Positions 44,801 to 57,800 of a stretch of 64,000 bases of DNA are shown here, piece after piece (within the stretch, counting starts at the first letter, position 1; every line of letters starts with the position of its first letter). The stretch spans positions 294,526 to 358,525 of the forward strand of contig JAQGDQ010000207.1 in assembly GCA_030141605.1 (NCBI GenBank). The letters run 5' to 3'. Made by a program: the position numbers and the translations under genes. The notes under the pieces were generated by a model. It searched no databases and was not told the origin of the DNA. It saw only the letters and a list, made by a program, of their open reading frames with translations. Source of the DNA: Tubiluchus corallicola. Lineage: Eukaryota; Animalia; Priapulida.

Positions 44801-47800
44801 TTAACAGAAAGCAGAAACAGAAGCATTCATGCATTCATCCCTGAAAACAGTAGTAAAACAAAGTTTATCTGTAAGCATAGTTCGAAGTTTAGAATAAGTA
44901 CCGGTGTTTTGAGAATTGTCCTGCGACGCCATCTAGTGTGAATACCATAAACAATGGCACAGCCAGGAATGAATATTGTAGGTAGTACAACTAGCGCCCA
45001 GCCTAGTCTCTCTGCCCATAAAGGATATTCATTATGCGGATTTGCTGCTTGACCACCATATGTCAGTGATGTGTGGTCAGCTACATTCCATAACCAGATC
45101 GCCTGTAATAAGAAATGTAAACATTACCCACATGGGTTAATATGCTTAAGCAAATGCAGAATGCGAACATAGTAGTTATAATTTTCTCATTACAGCAAGA
45201 AAAAATTAAGCATATTTTAGCAACTCTGTATCATTGGTTTTAAAATGTCAGTGCCTAAAAATTGACCCTGAGAAATGCTGAACAACTAAAATCAAATTAC
45301 AAATCTGTTTAGATGTTTAGCTTCTTTTTTTGAAAATACCGTAAAAGGAATTCGATTAACACCTTAACAAGAACTTTTTCATGCTGTAAACTGTCTGCAC
45401 GATGAAGTAATAGAACATTTGGTCAACTGTGCTACAATCTCTGTACATACCATCACTTCTACCTATTGACCAATTCAATTCCCGGTCCAAAAATGTACAA
45501 TATATCAAAATGCATTGAGCCTGCATATTAGTGGTCGATTTACTCACTGATAAACAGACTGGAGAAACAAGCTTCCAGCATAACTTAAAGTACACACAAG
45601 GTTTGGTCCCAGTCATATCCTCAATGGCTTCAGCTAACAGTTGAGTACCTTTGTAAATAAACAAATAATTGTTTATCGTTTGTTTTGTTTTGTTAATCAA
45701 AAATCACTTGCTTATGTAAGGCACAGACATTTGAAGACAATCCAAAGACTCTTGCAACAAACATATATTAATTAATTACATTGACGGAAAAGCGTGAATA
45801 TTTCTAGCAACATCAGTTAAACTATCAGTAATAAGTTACAGTTTTTAAGAATGAATACAAATTTATGTACCCAGAAAGTGGCTTAGCTAAAACTGCAAGT
45901 CCAAAATGTGTAAAATATGTGGTATTTCATCTTTAAAGCAAACATAAAAAACAATTCATGTCACACAATACATACATTCCACAGTTGTAGAATCGGCGCC
46001 GAAAGTCTAATCAATTTCGACAACGATTTCCAAGAGTGCTTAAAACTTCAACTCTAGCTCTTACTCAGGACTTTGAGGTATTTAATTAAGCAGACCCAAC
46101 CAGTTCTGCGGATTTTATATCAAGAACTTCTAAGTAAAGGTACTATTTATATTTATTTTTAAGGCAGGAGAATCAATTAATTGTACCTTAGCTAATGAGA
46201 GTAGGAGCTTAAGTTGTAAAAGCTTATAGCATAGTGACGGTTTAGCATGACTTTAAAGAAATAATTCAAATATTTGAACTAAAAACTACCTCAATTGAAC
46301 ATCGTGGTTCAGCTTTACATGAAAATAATGCTACATTGACTTAAAACTGCATTATATTAAGCTGGAGTCCAAAAGACGCTCAGACACTTACTGATTCTCT
46401 CTCCTCCCAAAACTGACCAACTCTTTAACTCCATCTCCTGACTCTGTCTCTCCAATCCTAGGAAACTGTAGACTTACTACTACCAAAACCATCATTCACA
46501 CCCAATCAACACACCATTCCCTACCACACATTCTGTATACATGTTTACATAACCTAAGCGCACTTACCAAAACCATATGAAACGGCCAATATGCCACAGA
46601 CTGCTACAAATATCAATGCAATCTCACCAACAAAGAAATCGCAGAGTTGAATTATGTAAACACCACCCTAGAACGATACCATTGTATGTGTCTTAATAGC
46701 TTAAAAATAAGCATGTTTTTGAAAACGTTAATCTTAACTTAAACTGGATCAAATTAATCCATTTTTATTTACAAATAAAAATCACCATACAAATTTCACT
46801 GAAAATAGAAAAAAAATAATCTTTTCTGTTTTTCTGAATGTGAGATGTAAAACAATTCATATTATCTCAGTAGTGGATAGACAAATAGCTAATTAGATAC
46901 ATATAGCTAATTAGATACAAACATACTTTGTGTCTTAACATATTGTTGATCATAACATAACAATTCATATAAATACAAATGGAAAAGCTAGGAAAAACCA
47001 CAGATGGTTGTTACTTAATTGGTTTTCTTTCTGAAACATCACCTATGTATACATGTAATCATGAACCAAGTTTTTGTTATAGTTTTGCAATACAAATAAT
47101 CAGTGGTGATATTTGTAGTTTATATATGAGAAAATACCTGACTTTTGTAACTGATAAATGCAGCAGAAAGGTGAAGTAAGGTTTTACAGTAAATAGCATT
47201 ACAAACATAAAATGTGGAACTTTTTCTCCAGTAGCACTGGCATTGCAAATTATATAGATGAATTAATCTAGTAGTACAACAAACCAAATGCTACAAGCAA
47301 AGTATAGCTGGGTTAATACTTTGTCATCATTTTTGTGACCTTTGCAACACATACATAAAAATTTGTAAACTAACTGCAAATAATGTAGATAATCAATTTT
47401 CCAGCCAATCACATATTAAATCTTATACCAACACAAGCAAAATTTTAATCGACAAATATTTCCAAGCGTTACTAGATATATGTACTTCTTATTGCAGCAT
47501 CAAGCTTATACATACCTCTGTGACGTAGATGAGACCAATGACGTAAAGAAGACAACAGACAAGAAAGACAAGTGCTTCATGGTAAACAAGATGGCGCTTG
47601 ATCCACATGTGGTAACGGTCAGTGATGCTGGTCAAGAACGTCTCTGTGACACCAAACTAAAAAAGCATGCTCAGAATGAAAACCTTAACTAAGCAAAAGA
47701 AAATGCAGCAAAAACAACTCTACATAAAATAAAATTGACACCCAGCACCCACTTAACAAAAGGCATGGTTTTTATTCAGACACAATATCTGCAAAGTTTC

Positions 47801-50800
47801 GACAGTTAATGTCATATTCACGCGACAATCACTATACGAAGATGTATACAAAAATCAAAATCAACACTTTTTTCTAAAAACTTGTCTTGATGAAGGACTA
47901 CAACCTAAATTTATTCAATTCAGAATAACAAACAATTACAGTGTTGATTTTTCTAAATATATTTTTACACTGTATTTTTACATAATTTTATTTAGGTGAA
48001 TTGTTGCATGAAGTTGTGTTACTAGAAGTGTTATAGAAAACTAAAATGTATGTCAGACACTTAAGAACTAAAGATATACTGCAAAAACATCACCAAAATT
48101 TTTTTACAATTGTACCACGCAACAAAATAAGCAGCACTAAACAAGAGAAACTATAAAAAAAGAATAAAACTTAGATACTTACCTCATAAAAGCTTGAGAA
48201 AAAGCAGCATGAAAAATAGATTACTTTGTAGTAGGTAAAAACAATTTTTTAAAACTTGAATAAACGTACATAATGCATATTAAAAAGTATTTTAGGTTTT
48301 TGCTGCCAATTCTTTAACCCTCTTTTTCTCTGATGTAAATATTAATGTTAGAATATGTTGTTCTCATATTTATGAATTGCTTACACAAAAAAGCCATACA
48401 ATATCTGAAGAAGCCTTATCTGGAAAGAAAACAATATTCTTCTAATATAACAAACCAACTCTAATTTACTGCATGAAAAAGTTTCGGGTATCAAAAGTAA
48501 CTAAGGTTTCATCTTCATTTTTTCAGGACAATACAGGCCAGGGTCCAGAAGCGGGGAACACATGGACTTGAACAAAAAAGTCATATAAATGAGCGAACTA
48601 TATATGTCAACCTTAGTAGGTCACTGTCATTGGCACTGTGGCAAATTGGAAAAATCAGACACACTCTCAACCACCAAACAATTGAAAATCTCATATATGT
48701 TTTCATAACATCCAAACTTGATTACTGCAGTAGTTTACTTTTTGGGCTTCCTGAATGTGAATATCGTAAACTCCAACTAATTCAGAACTCTGTTCCTTGT
48801 CTTATTAGCAAAACTAAAAGATATGAACACATTACGCCTATTCTAAAAGAATTGCAATGGCTGCCAATAAAGTTTCAAATTTAATTTCAAATTCTTCGTG
48901 TCACCTAAAGAATACTACATGGTTTAGCACCTGCATATCTCACAGAAACGTTGATATGCCTTATTAGCTTAACACCGGCCAAACACTTTGTTCTAATACT
49001 AATGAACAAGTTAATTTACATCAGCTAATTCCTAATATAGTATTCTGTGATGAAAAAGATTTTTCTGTTTGTGCTCGCAACTCCGCAATAATCTATCTGT
49101 TGCCATATGTTCTGCAAATTCATTAGATTCTTTTAAACAACATCTTAAAACATGTTTGTTTAGATACTACATTTCATGATGAATTAATTTTTAATTTTTT
49201 AATGTATTTTAAATTTTGATGTATCCTATGAATTTTAAATGTATTTCACTGTTCAGCATCCTGAGATTTTAAATGGCGCAGTGTGCTATGTAAATAAAAT
49301 GTACAGTATATTACATACCTGCGTCTCATTGGACAGAAGCACCAAGATTATAAAAAACCAGGCAGCCCAGAAATGAGGCACTGGTAGCGTGTCAATCAAC
49401 ACAGGAAACAGTTCAAATATAAAACCTGGACCTGTAGAAGATGAAGCCATAAATATCAATTAAGAAACATTCAGAGCAATTGACTCTCGGAAATTGAAAT
49501 ATGAAAGGAACCACAATGCAACAAAAGTGTAAATGGAATTGTGCAATTTCCTACTGCAGGTAAAAACCAAATTGAAAAAATAAAAATAAAATAACGATTA
49601 CAATACAAAAAATATTTTAGGAAATGTTTAGGAAGCATGGAATACGCGTTTATTTTGCTATATGTCAACAAACAATTTCAATGTCAAGTTAAGTTCTGAA
49701 AAGAAAATAGTGTGAAAATTTAAAGTTGTTACAGGATTATTATTACTAAAAAGTCAAAAACTGTGTATCACAATGGCAGTTCTCAAATCCTGCGTGCAAC
49801 AAATTGTAATCATAATTCATTAAGATTTCATATTTTACTCAAGTTTTATATTCTTCATAATTAAGTTCATAGACAAGTTAATACACAAATTTTTCATTAT
49901 TTTTCAAAGTCATTCCAATCAGGTTCCAATCAGGTTCCCACCTAACACATTTAATAATAACTGCTGACAATTTGAGTGAATGAGTCCAGATCAATCTGGG
50001 ACAAGCCAATTGCCATTATCATAAACTTTCATTTTGTGAGAGTCGACATTAGAATTTGCGATGTTGTTTGCACAAAAATTTATCTAATAATGTATCCTGG
50101 TGGAAATGGATATATGACAGGCAGCTGTAAATGTCAGTAGGATTAGAAACTGACTAACTGAAAATACAGCAGAAAGGCTTAAGGTGGGCAGTCATGTCCT
50201 AAAATTACTTCCTTCAAACAGGGATTCCCATAGAAGATGTTCTGAAGCTTACAAAAGACCTAATGGTAAACTAACACAACTCCGGGTAAAATTCACTTCC
50301 AAAATCAAAATGGGATGACCTAAAATGTTATCAAGGCGAGTGGTTAACTTAACCTAACACTTTTGGACTTAGTAATGAAAGGTCAACATAGGGACTGAAA
50401 CACAAGAGGGGGTGATTGGGCAAAGGTCAACTAAAAAAAGCAGCTAGAAGCAAATTAGGCAACTAATGACTCAACACAAAAAGTCGACCAAAATGCTCAA
50501 ACATTTGATCATTCTTCAAATTAAAACAAGCAGACATTCGAACTCTGCTGTCACCATTTCTATCAAATAGGAAAATTATACGATCTGTTTGCATGTGCAA
50601 ATTCAGCTTCATACTACCATCATCATCAGCATGAAAACCCTACCACTATAGTCATAAATGTCATCATATACGATAATCATCGCTACTACTACAATCATCC
50701 GCCTCGTCATCGATGTTGTTGTTGTTGTCATCACAACCACCACTACTGTCACCACCACCAACATTGTCATCGTCATCATCATCACCATCAGCACCATTCT

Positions 50801-51790
50801 TTTTTTACTGAACTGTGACTGTAATTACACAGATGTCATTACTAATTAGAAAGAAATGTAGTATCTGTGCTAGGCTAGTTATCTGTACCGTATACACAAG
50901 ACATAATAAATGAGTAACATCTCTAGTATTAATTAAGTAACTGTGAGTAGGTAAATAGTGCACCGTTTCAACAGGCAGCATTTGAATGTGTAAGCCTGAG
51001 TTGTTCTTAAAAACGACTCGCAATTTGAAAAAGGGATTCATGGATTTTTCATGTTTTCCACACTAACACCAACCCCAACCTACCTCCATCCACCACCCAC
51101 TCTCCCTTAGGCATGCACATGTACACTTTGTCATTTACTTCATACCAAAACATACAATACAAAATAAAATATAAAAAAGTGTAATATAAATAGTAAAAAA
51201 AATCAAGTTAGCAGAAGGATTAGCAATAGGTCATCGCTCCTGCAACCGTAAACAACCCCTGTTAATGATCTATTCTAGAGGTTTTGCAAATACATTAGCC
51301 AGGATATGTGAAATATGAACTGAGTCAATGGTCCATGATCTCTGATAATGACTAAATTAGTGTATACTTTAATGGACAACTGTTATCATCAGTGTTGTCT
51401 TACTGCAAGTTCTCATGACTGTTGCAACTGGATTTCTAATTCATGTCAGAACAGATCAAAATAGCATGCAAGTTGGTCTGCGTGAGCGTGAAACTTAAGC
51501 AGTGCAAATACTTTCCATTAACATCCATTATTATAGATATAACACGTCAATACCACAAGCACTACGGAAGCCATGCAGAAGCCTTACACCTGAGAAACAT
51601 ATTCACTGTTAATTAACTTCCGTAGTACGCACGCGTTGGACTAACGTGCTATTTAAGAGTAAGATGTTAACAACTTGTTGACTGAGTTAGGTGGTAAAGT
51701 TACTGATTATGCCTTGCAATGCTGGTGTACGCAAACGAATGAAAAGAACACACACACATATATATAGGTGTGTGTGTGTGCGTGTGTGTG

Positions 51791-51825
<35 letters not shown>

Positions 51826-54800
51826 CTTGCCAAGTAATTCAACAAAAATGCTCAATGACAAGAAGAAAAAACAAAAGAAGAAAAGATGTGGTGCCAAAGA
51901 ACCAATAACTGGAAGATAAGTATGAAATCAACTGTGACAACACGAAAAGCACAATTTTATTTACTCTCCATCAGCAAATCGTACATCAATTAGTCAAGCT
52001 ACTTGTGGAGCACAAAAAAGACAGGAAAATCTAGCAAATCACAAAAAAATCTGTAGTATCAGTGAGAAAACAAAGTTATTTGCTATGTGACTGTATCTTC
52101 AAAGCATCTTCAACATCACAGCAGCATCTTCAAAGTCGAAATCCTCTAAGAATGTGTCAGTGGAGTAAAAACATTAGTTTTGCCGTCAACACAAATGGTC
52201 ACAAAATGATTTGCAATCAACGTCAATCTAAAGCACCCTCTGGGAATGCGTGAAAGACACTACTACAAACCACCATAAAAGAAATGATCATGTCACCCAC
52301 TGCCCGTTATTACTTGCTTTTTAATTTTACAAACGAAACAGTTAACTGGGAATATGAAAATGGCACCACGACTGAATATTTCCAAAGTCAAACACTAAAG
52401 TCTTCTCGTATAGTAATGATAGTAACTCGCATCATCTACGTCCTCATCGCACTGACCATCATCTGGAGCAACAGTCTTGTTCTCATAGCCGTCGCTCGCT
52501 TTCATCAGGTGCAAAAACACCTGCGAAACTGGTTTATTGCTAGCTTATCCGCCACCGACTTTTTAACAGGGATCTACCTCTGTGTTGCTCCATACGTGCT
52601 CACGTTTATACCCGACCCTCCTAAAGTATTGTGCTTAAGCCTTTATACAGTGCACAACATGAATATAACACAGACGGCCAATTCATTACTGTTTGTAACT
52701 ATTGAAAGATATATCGCAGTTGCACATCCATTTTTATACATGAGTGTAGTAAAACCAAAAAGCATCAAGTTCATCATCGTGATAAGCTGGATAGAAGCCA
52801 GCATCATCGGTGGTGCAGTCTGGATTCATAACAGTTGGTTTGTGAACAGTTTCTGTGTCTACGAGGCTGTCATCAGCAAGCAATCCTTGTACTTAATGGA
52901 TGCACATCTGCTAGTAAGTATGACAGCCATGTGTGGAATTTATGCAAAGATGTATTTAATTGCTAGACGTCACTATCACTCTGTGGCCGCTGCAGATGCC
53001 CAAGACACAGGTATGAAATCAAACCTGCATTTAGCAAAAGTGTATTTTCTGATTACGGGTTTATACATTATCTGTTGCACTCCGTTTCTCGTAATATCGC
53101 TGGTTGTGCTTGAGACAAAGTTTGAAAATCATTATCAGTGGGTGCGACGGATCGGATACTTCATGCTTTATTCGAATTCTTTTGTTAATGTAATTGTCTA
53201 TGCCTCCAGGTTGGGAGAATTCCAGAAAGCATTCCGGAAACTGCTCAGTCCTTGGAGGTCAACAGACGTGCTAAGGTCAGCAAATGGTTCACTAAGATCT
53301 CATAATAGAAACATAACAACTGAAGGTGAAGTTTAAGATTGGACCACATTGCTAGACTCGTACAAACTGTACGGCAAGCAATGGGTGCCAGGCTCTTAAG
53401 CAAAAACTGCATTTGACTATTAGGCAAAATTAGCTTGAGTGACACACTTGTGAAGTGGTGATGCATAGTTCAGACTAATAATGTCTCTTTCAGCATACAC
53501 TATCTAAAGTGTGACTAATCATAAGTGATATATATATAATATTTATTTATTTATTTTAGAGAAAAAAATAACACAAAAGATATAGCACAATAAATTGGCC
53601 AAGGTAACCTGTTCAAAGTGACAAGACCATTGCATGATGTACAAGGCACCCAAAATAAAAAGTAACCTATTGCAGAGTGATACAGCAAATAAAGATAATA
53701 ATGAAAATCACCCAGATCTTTGAGAGTGCCATTTCGTTCTAGTCTTAGATATGTTAAGAGGAGGTTAAAGATGAACTTCATCAAAACTGCTAACAATTAA
53801 CAGTGCTCATACTCGCTTGAAAACTACATCTCATAATACTGTTTTATTTACAACTCTATGTTTTTTAGGCTGTTTTTAGAAGTTTTTTTTGTTAACAGAA
53901 GTTCAAAAGTTAGCGACCTTTAACGGCCTGTAGCATGATTTGTTCCAGTTAACATAACTTCTTTTGATGTCAATTTTCACGAAAATTTTCACAAGCATGT
54001 ACTGCATTTTCTTTCTACTGCGTTATAATGCAGTAGCAGATTGAGGGGGGGGTGGGCAAGGAGCCGGCCCCATTCACAGTAGCAGTTACAATACATCAAA
54101 TGAATATTTTCTCTGGATTACAAGCATTAGAATGATTTACTAAATTCTAGCAGTTCCTTTATTAAATTTATACCTGTAAAATTGTATATGACAAGGATTC
54201 TAATTTTCAAAACAAATGAAATTTACGTACATCATATATACCGTCTACCAAAATGTATTGGTGTGTGACTATGAGTAAAATGTTTGAGGTGACAAATGAG
54301 TCTAAAATGCAGCAAAATGCATTAGCGGTCAAGGTTCTGCCCTTTTGAGGGGGGCTTACAGTGCTCGCCCAGCTGCCCTAACTGTTTTTTGTTGGGCCCG
54401 CCACTTCTCTAAAGCCTGCATGCCGCTGTAATGTACAGAATGCATTCAACAAAACCTACTTAAACCAAGAACAGCGTATCCAAGAAAACAAAAGAAAGTT
54501 GATTGTTTAAATGACACACTGTATTTTTAGTGCATTAACTTTAGTAAGAAGCTTTGATTAAATCAATTTATTTCCATTTATAGTCTATCCAATCCTAGTT
54601 AACCTTCGTTTAAATTGTTGTTAACAATATCAGTAATTTAACGGTACTTAACAAAGTGAAAAGCTACTGTTCTTGCTTATTTGTCATTATAACTTATTCT
54701 TCAAAAGATATTGGCCATGTACAAGTCATGCATAGTTCAAAGACAAGCCTTCTGTTCTAGAATGCAAACATAAACTAGCTCTGTGTGTGTACCAGTTATT

Positions 54801-57800
54801 GAAGAAACAAAACGTCACAATAATAATAATAATAATAAATAAATAAATAAATAAATAAAAACCATGGGCAAATGAAGAAGATCCTGCTGTTCAATAAAAT
54901 CTTAATTACATGGTTTTCATTAGTGCTCCTAGCATACCTAATTACTGCTTAATTAATAAAAACCCTCAAAGTGAAATGTTCAAATATAAATGGATTTTAC
55001 TGTAAATCGTATAAAGCAGATGGCTGTTTTCAAAGTTTTATTTAAAAAAATTGACTATTGCCAAAGAGAAACTTGGAATTTTCACAATAGAATGAAATTT
55101 TTCATATTAATACTAACAGGGCTGCACCACAAAGGCAAAGAGCAAAATTACACATAAACAGTAATAATAACATTTGCTATTAGTAACATGAATAACCACG
55201 GGCTGTGCAGGCAACTTATTAATCTGTCAGACTCAATTGCCAGCATATAAGCTATTTTGCCGATTTAATCCTTATTCACTACCTGGCAGTTAATTATTAA
55301 TCATGGCAAATTGTTTACTTTTAGCAGGTGTTTATACATCTGGCGTGCTATATGTATGCTAGCTAGACAAATAATACATTAAAGCAAAAATGCCAGAGCA
55401 GTGCAAATACTAATTAATGTGACTGTGTAATATGTATCAACTGACATAGTATGTATGATTCTGATATTTGTAATTTTTAATAGTAATTTGTAATTTATCA
55501 TCAACTACAGCATATAATTTTACACTACAATATGCATTATTGTCTTATAACTATTATGTGCTATAACTAGGAAAAAATCAAATACAGTTACGATAATTGT
55601 AACAGAACAACACTAATATACTATTAAGTGCTATAGCTAGAGAAAAAAATTCAAATATAGTTACAATAACAGAACTGCATTAATATAGTTACTAACTACA
55701 TAATAGTTTATCCACCAGAAATATATGTTGCATAGTGGTCGAGAAGCAAAGCTTGTGAAACTAGCATGAAAAGTGGAGAAAACTGATTAGTTAACAAGAA
55801 AAAGAATTTATAGGAAAACAGAGAATAGTAAAGATAAAGTAATAGAATAAAGATGGAGGAAAACTGATTTTCTACGACATCTGCAAATATAAATAAATCT
55901 GCAGTAACAGTGAAATCAGCAACGAATAAGCATGAATCATTTTGTGTATAGAATCCAATTGAGTCAAATAATTTTAGCAAGCTGTAGTAAATTTCAACAA
56001 GATCCGGAAAACAGTCTCAAATGTGCTAAATGTAGAACTAGAATGTTTAGAACAAAGAAGGGAAAAGGCTTATACCAAACGCATCACTAAACTAATTAAA
56101 TCTGAATCTGCACTATTGCCAAAATTGCATTATTCAAATAGAAGAGGCTACCAGTTCATCCTGCAAAAAGTGAGAACAAGTAGATATAAAATAGTTTTAT
56201 ACCATCAGCTGCAGCTGTGTTAAAATCGTAATGTGTTAACACTTTAAAGTAAGAATTTGTGACCATTTGAGTATTTCGTCTAGAACTGGCAAAAAATTAA
56301 TGTACAAAACAATTCAATTCCTTTAACTTTATTTTCAAACACTTGGGTATTCGTTACTGTATCAATTTCTTTTCTTCAGTTCTGCTTAATCATTACCTAT
56401 TTGGCTTTTGTAAACACATAATTAGTGCTTAAGTTACTGTATCAATTTCTTTACTGGTCTGTTCATTCATTGCTTAATCATTACCTATTTGGCTTTTGTA
56501 AACACATAATTAGTGCTTAAGTTACTGTATCAATTTCTTTACTGGTCTGTTCATTCATTATCTATTTGGCTTCTGTTAACTACTTAATTAGTGCATAATA
56601 GGCTCTGCCTATATAAACTGGTTGTATGTTTGTAAATTTACCACTGATGATGACAGCAGCAGCATGTCGAAAACTTTGGCATGATTTTAATGTTTTACTG
56701 TAAAGATTTTAATAAAGTTGTGTTGTTTTTAACTACAAATGTTTTTAAGTGCCTGTAACAAAAATTGACATGTCTGTATATGTTAATATCGTGTGTGATG
56801 TTCAAATTAATTTTATTGCAACACTGAAGCGCATTTTTATGCTTTAAAGTGTAATAAATAAAACTGAAATTTTAAATTTTAAATGTTTATATTTTATAGA
56901 GATATATTCAAATTTATTTGCGAGAAATTTAAAATAGAAATGAGAAACTAGCTAGCAATAATTTTAAGCTGAGATTATTAATATTTAGTGAAGTTGAATT
57001 TTGTTCACATCATAAAACTATTGCCAAACACAAAAGTCAATCAATGAAAAAAGTATTCAAACTAAAATAAGCGACATAGTTGCATACAAAAGTTACATAG
57101 TTATATAGTTTTTTCGCTCTTTTCTTATGAGTTCGTCTATATATGTTTATATATTTGTTTATATGTTTATTTTGTCATTGGTTTGTCTATCTATCAATCC
57201 ACCTTTGTGTATTTCGATGGACCATTTCTTACTTGGTTCATCCATCCACTGTTACTTGAGTTTTTTAAATTTTTTTGTACTTATATGATTTGCATGCACA
57301 TTCACAAATGCAAAACCAAATCAAAATTTTGAAGAGCGGTGTTAGGGAAGCATTAGGAATGTACTGTCATTAATACTCCATGAAACAATACGTAAGAATC
57401 ATTAAAACTTACTATAGCTCTTAGCCTCTTTCGTCGAAAAAGTTCAGATTTTGTATAGCTATGCCTAGACTAACTGAGAATGTTAGCACTAATAATAATT
57501 GAATTGGAAGAAACGAGAACTGTTGTTCATTTACCATACAAACATCCATAGCACACAACAACATTTTAAAGTCGCCATTGTCTTTTCCAAATTACATACT
57601 AAAGGAAGCCATACAAAAAGGATACTCTTGCTGAGAATGTTAGTACTAATAATAAGTGAATTGCAAGGAACCAAGAAACTGTTCATTTATTATACAAACA
57701 TCCATGGCATGCAACAACATATTAAAGGTGCTATTTGTGTCTTCTAGGAAGCCAGACAAATTCATAGCCAATCAATATTCTTGTCCCTATATTACAGACA

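Noticed and set aside
56353-56600. CRISPR-like repeat-spacer pattern (also 20836-21108 and 40290-40462)
   Set aside because: Whole-unit tandem duplications without unique spacers, in a spliceosomal-intron context with no cas genes.
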